A stretch of 64,000 nt of DNA from Rhodothermia bacterium (GTDB taxonomy: Bacteria; Bacteroidota; Rhodothermia; Rhodothermales; UBA10348), in assembly GCA_036985715.1 (NCBI GenBank), contig BTQE01000003.1, positions 201 through 64,200 on the forward strand, read 5' to 3'. Position 1 is the stretch's first letter. Each line of letters begins with the position of its first letter. Of this stretch, positions 27,219 to 35,476 are shown in pieces. The position numbers and the translations under genes were made by a program. Under the pieces are notes generated by a model, which searched no databases, was not told the DNA's origin, and saw only the letters and a program-made list of their open reading frames with translations.

Positions 27219-28925
27219 GTGAATTCAGTAGACGCGAGCGGACGAACATTACGCTACGGTCCATATCCAGAGCTTTCGATTCCCGCCATTCTCGTTGGAT
27301 ACCTCCTGGGTTCCATCATAGCCGTGAGTATAGGCTACGCGGCGCTCATCCTTGGTTTTTCCATAGAGGGTTCGGAGCTGGCAGCCATTCTCGGCTTCGG
27401 AATTCTACGAGGGATGATGCGACGCAACAGCATCGTAGAAAACAACATCAATCAGACCATCGCCAGCGGAGTCAACGGTGCATCCTCTGGAATGATGTTC
27501 TCTGTCCCGGCCCTTTTCATTCTGGGCGAAACCGACTTCAGTTACCCGTTGATGGTCTTTGGATCTATTGCCGGTGCAGTCATGGGGATCGCGTTTATCA
27601 TTCCGCTCCGGAAACAGATGATTGATTTCGAGCGGCTGACGTTTCCCGGAGGTGTCGCCGTAGCCGCGATTCTGAAATCTCCAGGCTCGGGTATGAGGAA
27701 GGCTGGTTACCTGACGGGCGGAATATTGCTCAGCGGAATCGTCAATGCGATCTCGAATGCCACGGGCTTCACAGACTGGGACCTTGGGGTCTTGATAGGC
27801 ATGCCGGAGTACATGAATGGTATCTGGTACGTGTCTTTGCTCACATTCGGTGTGGCCTACATCGCCGGAAAGGGTGGCGTCTTTTTCATTATTGGCGGTT
27901 ACGTGAGTTACTGGATACTGGCGCCAATCATGGCCTCGCAGGGAGTCCTTCCCACAACGGATCCCGGCGAGCTTCGCGTACTTTTATTCAGACCGGTAGG
28001 AATTGGTATGCTCATTGGCGGAGCTATTGCCGGCATCGTTCTTGCGTTTCCGCTCGTCGTGAGTTCGATCCGTTCGATGCAGGACGCAGCTAAAACCAAA
28101 TCGACGCTTTCAAAAGATGAACTGCCCATCAAACTGCTCTTCATGGCCATAGCCGGGGCTTCAATTCTGCTGTTCGTTATCGCGATGATGTCCACTGCGG
28201 AAATGGGACTCGGTCGAGGATTGGCCATGGCAATCCTGGGAACCCTTTGGATCTGGATGGCCGGTGTCATTCTCTCGGAGTGCATAGGACGAACCAACTG
28301 GTCACCACTATCAGGCATGACGCTGATCGCAGTCACGATCCTGATTATGATCGCAAGCGGACTTGGCTCCAAGGCGGCTATCGTTTCTTCGCTCATGGTC
28401 GGAGTCGCAGCCAGTGTGGCCATGTCCCAGGCAACGGATCTGATGCTGGATTTGAAAACGGGCTATCTGGTCGGCGCTTCGCCCAAAAAGCAGCAAATAG
28501 GACAGTTTCTGGGAAGCTGGTTGGGACCCATTATTATCATGGCTTTGATTGTTCTGCTGCACGAATCGTACGGCTTGGGAAGCGAAAAGCTACCTGCGCC
28601 GCAAGCAACCGCCCTGGCTGGCGTCATCGAGGGTATTCTGGGAGGAAGCGTACCGATTCAAAAGTACGCAGCTGGTGCTGGACTGGGCGCCATCTTGAGC
28701 CTGTCTGGAATCGGGGGACTCGGAATTCTGGTTGGTCTCGGGTTCTATCTTCCCTTCAACATTGTCCTGACATACAGTTTAGGTACACTCACGCGAGTAG
28801 TCGTCGACAAAGTAAAGGGTCAACGCTTTTCTGACGATGTAGGAATCCCTGTTGCTGCGGGTCTCATTGTCGGGGAAGCGCTTGTCGGAGTGGGATATGC
28901 GTTGAGCAAAGTTTTTGGGGGCTGA
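27219..28925 (+). CDS. OPT-superfamily oligopeptide transporter
   Basis: 568 aa, polytopic with more than 14 TM, GTG start. The N-terminal pattern ELSIPAILVGYLLGSIIAVSIGYAALILGFSIEGS resembles bacterial OPT proteins. Confidence 0.7.
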   Translation: MNSVDASGRTLRYGPYPELSIPAILVGYLLGSIIAVSIGYAALILGFSIEGSELAAILGFGILRGMMRRNSIVENNINQTIASGVNGASSGMMFSVPALFILGETDFSYPLMVFGSIAGAVMGIAFIIPLRKQMIDFERLTFPGGVAVAAILKSPGSGMRKAGYLTGGILLSGIVNAISNATGFTDWDLGVLIGMPEYMNGIWYVSLLTFGVAYIAGKGGVFFIIGGYVSYWILAPIMASQGVLPTTDPGELRVLLFRPVGIGMLIGGAIAGIVLAFPLVVSSIRSMQDAAKTKSTLSKDELPIKLLFMAIAGASILLFVIAMMSTAEMGLGRGLAMAILGTLWIWMAGVILSECIGRTNWSPLSGMTLIAVTILIMIASGLGSKAAIVSSLMVGVAASVAMSQATDLMLDLKTGYLVGASPKKQQIGQFLGSWLGPIIIMALIVLLHESYGLGSEKLPAPQATALAGVIEGILGGSVPIQKYAAGAGLGAILSLSGIGGLGILVGLGFYLPFNIVLTYSLGTLTRVVVDKVKGQRFSDDVGIPVAAGLIVGEALVGVGYALSKVFGG

Positions 28926-28966
28926 CCGATGCAGACAGCATCAGAACGGATTAACAAGCAGACGAG

Positions 28967-29518
28967 ATGAATAAAATCGGATTGGTACTCATTTCACTGT
29001 CATTCCTGGTAGGTGCATACCTCTCGGTTCTGCACACAACTGAAGTGAACTGGAGCCTGTTTCTTGTCGTTTTCGCAGTCGGACTTACGGGTGTTGCACT
29101 GGCCCGGATAGGGTCAAAAACGGTCGCGACATCGGCTGACGTTCTTGAATCGAATTTGACCGCGGTTCGCCAGAGTCTCGAGAATATCGTGCGGCACGTC
29201 TCGGCGTTGAACAATGAGAAAGAGACAATTTTGACGTACGACATGAGCAAAGAAATCGATAGTCGTGTTCTCGATGATCTGAATGACTTTGTTGAGTCCC
29301 GAAGCGCGATTACGCATACGTATGGTCTGCAGGCCTACGCCGAAGTCATGAGCCATTACGCCGGCGGAGAGCGGTATCTGAATCGCGTTTGGTCAGCTTC
29401 TGCAGACGGATATGTGAACGAAGTCAAAAACTATCTGGAACGATCTCTCGAGCAATTCCAAATTGCCAGAGAAAAGCTGTCGGGACTTAGGGACCCATCG
29501 GACGACCAAACCGGTTAA
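28967..29518 (+). CDS. Hypothetical membrane protein (2 N-terminal TM plus a helical soluble domain)
   Basis: 183-aa ORF, 41 nt downstream of the OPT gene on the same strand. No family recognised. Confidence 0.5.
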   Translation: MNKIGLVLISLSFLVGAYLSVLHTTEVNWSLFLVVFAVGLTGVALARIGSKTVATSADVLESNLTAVRQSLENIVRHVSALNNEKETILTYDMSKEIDSRVLDDLNDFVESRSAITHTYGLQAYAEVMSHYAGGERYLNRVWSASADGYVNEVKNYLERSLEQFQIAREKLSGLRDPSDDQTG

Positions 29519-29526
29519 GGCTTCGG

Positions 29527-30771
29527 CTAGGGCTTCCAGGTGCCGGCAGCCACTTGCGGGATGAACGAATCGAGGCCTTCCGGCTTCCACTCAATCGTGC
29601 GCTCCTGCTCCGCACTCATATACGCAGTCATCAGGAGCTCGGTCACCTCGAGTCCGGCGTAAAAATCTTCCCAAGGTTGAACGCCATCCAGAAAACACTG
29701 GATGAAGAATCGGTTCTCGTCTTCGTATCCGTACTCGGAAGCCTCGTTGCCGACGAACGGCATCAGTCCCTGTTCTGCGTTCTGTTTTTCCACCAGATCC
29801 TCGCCGGCTTCTCCTTGCACACGGCGACTGAAAAATATCCGACTCCCTGAATCCAAAGAATTGAGCTGCATGGTGTATTCCGGACCCAGGAGCTCCGAGC
29901 TCAATCGGAGTCCCGCACCAACAAATCCCCAGGACGTCGTGGTTTCTGCGATCAATGGCCGACCGTCGCTGTCTCTAAACTCAATCGTCGCGCTGGCATA
30001 ATCTTCGGAAGGGTGATTCAAATAATCCACCTCCGATCCATGGGTTTCTTTGAGTATTTCAGCATACTCAGGCCTGGACCACTTTAGACTCGCGATCTTC
30101 GCCGTGACCTTGACCGGTTCTATGCTGTTTCGAGGGGCGCCGGGTTCGGTGAGCAAGAAGCGAGCGACTTCTACGCTGTGGCACATCATGTCATTCAACA
30201 CTCCCCCACCTTGAAGGTCACCCTGCCAGAACCAGGGCATGTGGGGACCGCTGTGTTCTTCGGCGGCCCGTGCCAGATAAGGTCTGCCAGAGATCGAAGC
30301 CCCGCGTTTCCACGCGATTTCTCTTCCGCGCTGAAGAGAAGGAGAGAATAGTTGATCCTCGAGATATCCGTGAAGTAGACCGGATTCTTCCACGAGTTCC
30401 ACGACTCGTTTCGCTTCGGCGACGTTTCTACCAAGCGGTTTTTCGCAGGCGATCCCAACCAGCTCACCTCTTCCGGTTTTGAGCGCATCCACAATCTCTT
30501 CCAAGTTCTCAATGCGCCGATGATTCGGACCGCAAATCCAAATGCAATCGATCTCGGGGTCCGCCACCATATCCGATATACTACCGTATGCTCGAGCCTG
30601 GCCTACGCGCATTTCGCGCGCGAGCTTGGCGGCCGTCTCTGCATTTGCCGTATTGGGACTCCAGACTCCGAGGATGTCTGCGTCGCGGACAGCGACCCAG
30701 GAACGGATGTGAAATAGAGTAATAAATCCGCTACCAACGAAGCCGACTCCGAGTCGTCGATAAGTACCCAT
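29527..30771 (-). CDS. Gfo/Idh/MocA-family NAD(P)-dependent oxidoreductase
   Basis: 414 aa with an N-terminal Rossmann VGFVGSGFITLFH and an EKPL motif (GIACEKPLGRN) typical of the family. Confidence 0.8.
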   Translation of the reverse strand: MGTYRRLGVGFVGSGFITLFHIRSWVAVRDADILGVWSPNTANAETAAKLAREMRVGQARAYGSISDMVADPEIDCIWICGPNHRRIENLEEIVDALKTGRGELVGIACEKPLGRNVAEAKRVVELVEESGLLHGYLEDQLFSPSLQRGREIAWKRGASISGRPYLARAAEEHSGPHMPWFWQGDLQGGGVLNDMMCHSVEVARFLLTEPGAPRNSIEPVKVTAKIASLKWSRPEYAEILKETHGSEVDYLNHPSEDYASATIEFRDSDGRPLIAETTTSWGFVGAGLRLSSELLGPEYTMQLNSLDSGSRIFFSRRVQGEAGEDLVEKQNAEQGLMPFVGNEASEYGYEDENRFFIQCFLDGVQPWEDFYAGLEVTELLMTAYMSAEQERTIEWKPEGLDSFIPQVAAGTWKP

Positions 30772-30795
30772 ACCGCCACCAGGTCTAGTCCTAAA

Positions 30796-32091
30796 TCAGA
30801 AACGAACGTTCATCCTCGAATTAACGACATTGTTATAGATCGATCCGAAATTGTAGCTAAAGCCCATCCTGAATTCGTACTCATAGGACGTGGGCAGACG
30901 CTTCGTTCCGAGTAAGATCTCTTCTTCCGTCAACTCTTCTTTGACGAGAAACAGTTGGTCTTTCACCAGGTCGTACCCGAATCCAAGATTAACGTTTAAT
31001 CCACGTACGAGTCTGACGCTGATCGATCCGCTCACTTCTACACTATAGAACTCAGTTCTCGAAGATTCAAAATCCGTAATAAAGTTTGATCCTTCCAACT
31101 GGGCACTCGCAGAGCCCCAGGGTTGACGATAGTCCAAATTCAGTTTTAGACTTTGGCTCAGAAGTTTCTCGTGTGTTTTGTCAAATACCGTCAGTTCCTC
31201 GTACTCGACAGTTTGGAATCGTAGTTCATAAACAAACGTGATCTGTCTCTGGTTTGATTCTGAATACGGAAACAGGCTGTATTCGATTGCCGGAGCTAAA
31301 GAAGACGACAGCTTACGGTTTTGGCGGGTCGACGTGTCGGTGAATGAGGAAACACCAACGGACCACTGAGGAGCGATGCTTTTTACCACGTATGTCCAGA
31401 AATTCCCGCTTTTTGTAATGCTTGTGATTGTTTGATCGCCCACGTCGAAGTTTCTTTCACGATAATTTATCCCCAGGCTGAATATCAGCTTCCACTCCTC
31501 GGTTGTTCGATTAGCGCTGAGCCGCCCTCGAATATTCGCGTTGTTACTGGTTTCTTCGGCTTCATATTCACCATTAAGACCGACTCCAAAATTCCACGAG
31601 TCCCAGGGATCATCGGGAGGATTGGATGTCAGCAGTTCGTCCTCCGAAACCCGGGTGACGGTTATGACCATACGATCGGCAATCGAAGTTCGGGAGATGT
31701 ACCGAACCAGTCCTTCCGCGATCTTTCTGACCAGACCTGTTCGTCGTTCGTCATCCGTATCCGTACCGCTGGATGTGTACCGAAGCGTATCAGATAGCGC
31801 AGAAAAATCTTTCATCCCGACGAAATTAAGCTTATAGGCTCGGCCGCCGCTACCCGTTCGTTCGGTAGTCACCAGGATGTGAACGAGGGCTTCCGTCCGG
31901 TCGCGCACGTAGTTCACATACGGTATTTCTCTTCGGATATAATCGAAATCGCAGGATCTACGTTCGCAGTCAAGAAAGACGTCGATGGATTCCAGGGCTA
32001 GATTCTGCGCAGTAACGGCTCGCGGAAAAAGACTCGTAATCGCGGTCACCACGAACAGACACAATAAAAAACTTGCCGCGAGTTTCATCAA
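30796..32091 (-). CDS. Putative outer-membrane beta-barrel protein
   Basis: 431 aa with a signal peptide (MMKLAASFLLCLFVVTAITSLFPRAVTAQ). The C-terminal half has alternating amphipathic strands and ends in the terminal aromatic ..NVRF. Confidence 0.55.
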   Translation of the reverse strand: MMKLAASFLLCLFVVTAITSLFPRAVTAQNLALESIDVFLDCERRSCDFDYIRREIPYVNYVRDRTEALVHILVTTERTGSGGRAYKLNFVGMKDFSALSDTLRYTSSGTDTDDERRTGLVRKIAEGLVRYISRTSIADRMVITVTRVSEDELLTSNPPDDPWDSWNFGVGLNGEYEAEETSNNANIRGRLSANRTTEEWKLIFSLGINYRERNFDVGDQTITSITKSGNFWTYVVKSIAPQWSVGVSSFTDTSTRQNRKLSSSLAPAIEYSLFPYSESNQRQITFVYELRFQTVEYEELTVFDKTHEKLLSQSLKLNLDYRQPWGSASAQLEGSNFITDFESSRTEFYSVEVSGSISVRLVRGLNVNLGFGYDLVKDQLFLVKEELTEEEILLGTKRLPTSYEYEFRMGFSYNFGSIYNNVVNSRMNVRF

Positions 32092-32116
32092 GAGCGTGAA
32101 GGATTTGAGCCTGGAC

Positions 32117-32149
32117 CAAAAACAGGAAACCTGGCCTTACGGGGCCAGG
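32117..32149 (-). terminator. Orphan intrinsic-terminator-like hairpin upstream of the OMP gene
   Basis: The minus strand reads CCTGGCC-ccgtaa-GGCCAGG followed by TTTCCTGTTTTT (stems at 32130-32136 and 32143-32149). No annotated minus-strand gene lies upstream of it. Confidence 0.35.
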
Positions 32150-32432
32150 CTCCTGGTCGAGGACAAACCACATTGAGGACAAATCTGAAGGAATCAGAAT
32201 GTCTCTCGAAGTTAGGATCGACGCGGTGTCTGAACCCTTAAATTAATTAATGGCGATTGCTTTGTGCCCCAGAAAAGCGTCTTGTCCAGTTCAGCCGTCA
32301 AGTATAAGGTGTCAGTCAACTTGAGTTCGCACCCTGTCAACAATTCTCTTTGAATTGATGTCTATTGAGAGCATTAAACTTCACTCCCTGCTTGGCGTAT
32401 CTACGAGCCGCTTACCATGAAGGACGATAACT

Positions 32433-33671
32433 ATGTTGCAGGCATTTAAGAATAATCTCTATAAAAAAATCGTTGCCCAATTTCCGGAACAGGAGTTTTA
32501 CACGAGTGCGCATCTGAGTGGAACACAGATGCCGGTCGACGTCGGACATTTCGTTTCTCAAGCGCTCTCCAGACGTACCACGCTCGAAGCCAGGGATTTG
32601 ATCACGTGCTCCTCACCCTGGATTGATTTTGATTCGGAATCCACTCGGAAAACAGTCGATGACTTCGTGGCTCAACTCGGACAGCAGGGAAGATTCCCCA
32701 GGTTCGAACTGGAGAAAGCCTTAGATCGTGCCGTCGGCTTTTGTAGTCAATACGTCCTTCAACCTGTGGCCACTGTAACGGCTTTCGCCGTCTCCGATCG
32801 TGAACGGGAGAATTCTTTTTCTGATGTACGGCGCCGAGCTGGATATTTCCTGTACCACGGGTCGGTTCTCGAGTCGCTCGAGAATTTATTGAACCGGGCG
32901 GATGAAAATCAGATTACGCGAGCAGATGTTGAATCCCAACTCCGAAAGGATGCCACTGAGAAAGCGAAAGATCTCGACGCGGATGGCTGGCTTCGCCTGA
33001 TGGATCCAATATTGAAAACGTATCGAATCGCGTACCCCGAAACAGCAGACATTCCCGTTCAGATGATTCAAGCGTTTCTGGAGGAGAGAGGCGCAAGCGG
33101 ACTCTCAGAGGCATTGGCATCTACAGCCGAGGCCACGGAAGGTCTTCTCTCTGCCGACGACCTGGCAAGCGAAATCCGAACGTTTTTGGAGCCTGCCGTC
33201 GCGGCATCCGAACTGTCTGCACAAGTTCCACCGGAGAGTAACGTACTACCTCTTTGGAAACAGTTCACGAAAGTCGAACAGCCCGGCTCGGATGATCCCT
33301 CGGATGGTCAGAAGCGCGAACGACCGCACGAGCCACTCTGGAAAACCTACCAGCAGGAATCGTCTACTTCCGGAGTCGTGACGCAAAACGAGATGCGGAA
33401 CGAGGCGAAAAGTAAGCCGTCAAGACCCGGTGAGGACTCGGTCCTCGGAGATGCCATCCAATACCGCGACCGCTTCATCGGTGAGCTATTCGGGAGTGAT
33501 CCAGCTGCGTTCGAGCAGACCATGGATCGACTATCGTCGATTCGGTCGTGGGATGAAGCATCGCAAATTCTCACATTGGAAGTCTTTCGCAAGTACCGGA
33601 TAGATATATACGGCGAGACGGCGGTTCTCTTTACGAACGCCATCGAGCAGCAGGTCAAGCAGCACAGTTAG
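32433..33671 (+). CDS. Hypothetical protein (412 aa)
   Basis: Long ORF with no competing frame. Acidic and low-complexity in the middle, with a duplicated PLWK motif (LPLWKQF / EPLWKTY). No domain recognised. Confidence 0.55.
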   Translation: MLQAFKNNLYKKIVAQFPEQEFYTSAHLSGTQMPVDVGHFVSQALSRRTTLEARDLITCSSPWIDFDSESTRKTVDDFVAQLGQQGRFPRFELEKALDRAVGFCSQYVLQPVATVTAFAVSDRERENSFSDVRRRAGYFLYHGSVLESLENLLNRADENQITRADVESQLRKDATEKAKDLDADGWLRLMDPILKTYRIAYPETADIPVQMIQAFLEERGASGLSEALASTAEATEGLLSADDLASEIRTFLEPAVAASELSAQVPPESNVLPLWKQFTKVEQPGSDDPSDGQKRERPHEPLWKTYQQESSTSGVVTQNEMRNEAKSKPSRPGEDSVLGDAIQYRDRFIGELFGSDPAAFEQTMDRLSSIRSWDEASQILTLEVFRKYRIDIYGETAVLFTNAIEQQVKQHS

Positions 33672-33741
33672 CTCCTGCGTACCTTGATATAGCCGTCCAT
33701 TCGAGGCTGATTGTCACATTTTTCAGGTTCATCGGGAAAGT

Positions 33742-35316
33742 ATGAGCTCCGACAATTCCGAACAGTCAGGTTTCAAAGATCGATTTAGGGATCTCGAAGA
33801 TCGTCGAAATCAAGCACGCCAGGGTGGCGGAAAAGAACGTCTTGCCAGGCAGCGCGAGTTGGGTAAGTTGACCGCGCGCGAACGGATCGAAATCCTTTTG
33901 GACGACAACTCATTTCAGGAGTTGGGAATGTTTGTTCGGCACCAGACGAAAGAATTCGACCTCGAAGACAATCGCCCGTACGGCGATGGTGTCGTAACCG
34001 GATATGGAAAGGTCGACGGGCGTCTGGTTTATGTTTACAGCCAGGATTTCACCGTTTTCGGGGGTTCACTCGGTAATGCCCATGCACAGAAAATCGTGAA
34101 GATCATGAACCTGGCGCTCGAAAACGGAGCGCCGATTATTGGTCTAAATGATTCTGGCGGCGCACGGATTCAGGAAGGCGTTGTTTCTCTCGGGGGCTAC
34201 GCGGATATCTTCCTCCTCAATACACTCGCCTCCGGTGTCATTCCCCAGATTTCTGGTGTCATGGGCCCCTGTGCCGGCGGTGCGGTGTACAGCCCCGCTA
34301 TTACAGATTTCGTATTCATGGTCGAAAAGACGAGCTATATGTTCGTAACAGGCCCCAATGTGGTGAAAACGGTCACGCATGAGGAAGTCACGCTCGAGGA
34401 ACTGGGAGGCGCCGAAACCCACGCTACCAAGAGCGGTGTAGCCCATACGACCTGTTCAAACGATGCTGATTGTTTGCTTCAAATTAGAGAACTGCTTTCT
34501 TATCTCCCTCAAAATTGCGAAGAACCACCTCCGTCGATTGAGGCACTGGATCCTGTCGATCGCCAGGATTCAGAGCTGGATTCGACCGTCCCGGAGAATC
34601 CGAATAAGCCGTATGGGATGCACACCGTGATAGAACGGATTGTCGACAACGGGAAGTTTTTTGAGATCCATGCCGATTTTGCCCCAAACATCATCGTCGG
34701 ATTTGCACGCCTTAATGGTCGGTCGGTAGGCGTAGTCGCAAACAATCCGTCAGTACTTGCAGGGGTTCTCGATATTAACTCATCCGTAAAGGGCGCGCGC
34801 TTTATCCGTTTCTGTGACGCATTCAATATTCCTCTCATCATACTCGAAGACGTGCCCGGCTTCATGCCTGGCACGGAGCAGGAGTGGAACGGTATTATTC
34901 GAAACGGTGCCAAACTTCTGTACGCTCTTTGCGAAGCGACCGTACCAAAAATAACGGTGATTACGCGGAAGGCGTACGGTGGAGCCTACGACGTGATGAA
35001 CTCCAAACACATACGCGGCGACCTGAATTACGCCTGGCCTACAGCAGAAATCGCCGTGATGGGTCCCAAGGGAGCAGTTGAGATCATATTTAAGCGTCAG
35101 ATTGCGGAAGCCGATGATCCTGAAGTAACCGCTGAGACATTCATCACCGAATACCGCAAAAACTTTGCAAATCCGTACGTTGCAGCCGAATATGGGTATA
35201 TAGACGATATCATTGAGCCTAGAAAGACCAGAGAAGTATTAATTCGCGGCCTGGAGATGCTCGAGAACAAAGTCGCCCACAATCCTCCCAGAAAGCACGG
35301 AAATATTCCCCTCTAG
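33742..35316 (+). CDS. Acyl-CoA carboxylase carboxyltransferase subunit (propionyl-CoA carboxylase beta / methylmalonyl-CoA carboxyltransferase 12S-like)
   Basis: 524 aa with conserved blocks [36 protein letters not shown] and [10 protein letters not shown]. Confidence 0.9.
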   Translation: MSSDNSEQSGFKDRFRDLEDRRNQARQGGGKERLARQRELGKLTARERIEILLDDNSFQELGMFVRHQTKEFDLEDNRPYGDGVVTGYGKVDGRLVYVYSQDFTVFGGSLGNAHAQKIVKIMNLALENGAPIIGLNDSGGARIQEGVVSLGGYADIFLLNTLASGVIPQISGVMGPCAGGAVYSPAITDFVFMVEKTSYMFVTGPNVVKTVTHEEVTLEELGGAETHATKSGVAHTTCSNDADCLLQIRELLSYLPQNCEEPPPSIEALDPVDRQDSELDSTVPENPNKPYGMHTVIERIVDNGKFFEIHADFAPNIIVGFARLNGRSVGVVANNPSVLAGVLDINSSVKGARFIRFCDAFNIPLIILEDVPGFMPGTEQEWNGIIRNGAKLLYALCEATVPKITVITRKAYGGAYDVMNSKHIRGDLNYAWPTAEIAVMGPKGAVEIIFKRQIAEADDPEVTAETFITEYRKNFANPYVAAEYGYIDDIIEPRKTREVLIRGLEMLENKVAHNPPRKHGNIPL

Positions 35317-35476
35317 GAAAATCATGGTCGTTTTTACACCAACCAGGTACCTCTGACGTAAGAAACCTTCAATTACCGTTTACGTTTGGGCAACTCATTC
35401 TCTCTATAAGGAGTCTCGATGGGCGACTAGGTTTTCTCGAGCAGCAGTCATCATTCACAATCGAGCTTTCATCGTT

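Noticed and set aside
26753-28423. Long antisense or out-of-frame ORFs inside well-supported genes (26753..27625 +, 27908..28423 -, 53431..54036 -, 60180..60593 -, 22930..23550 +, 21444..22085 +, 19638..20165 +)
   Set aside because: Each lies fully within, or heavily overlaps, a CDS with strong family motifs. These are typical shadow ORFs of moderately GC-rich DNA.
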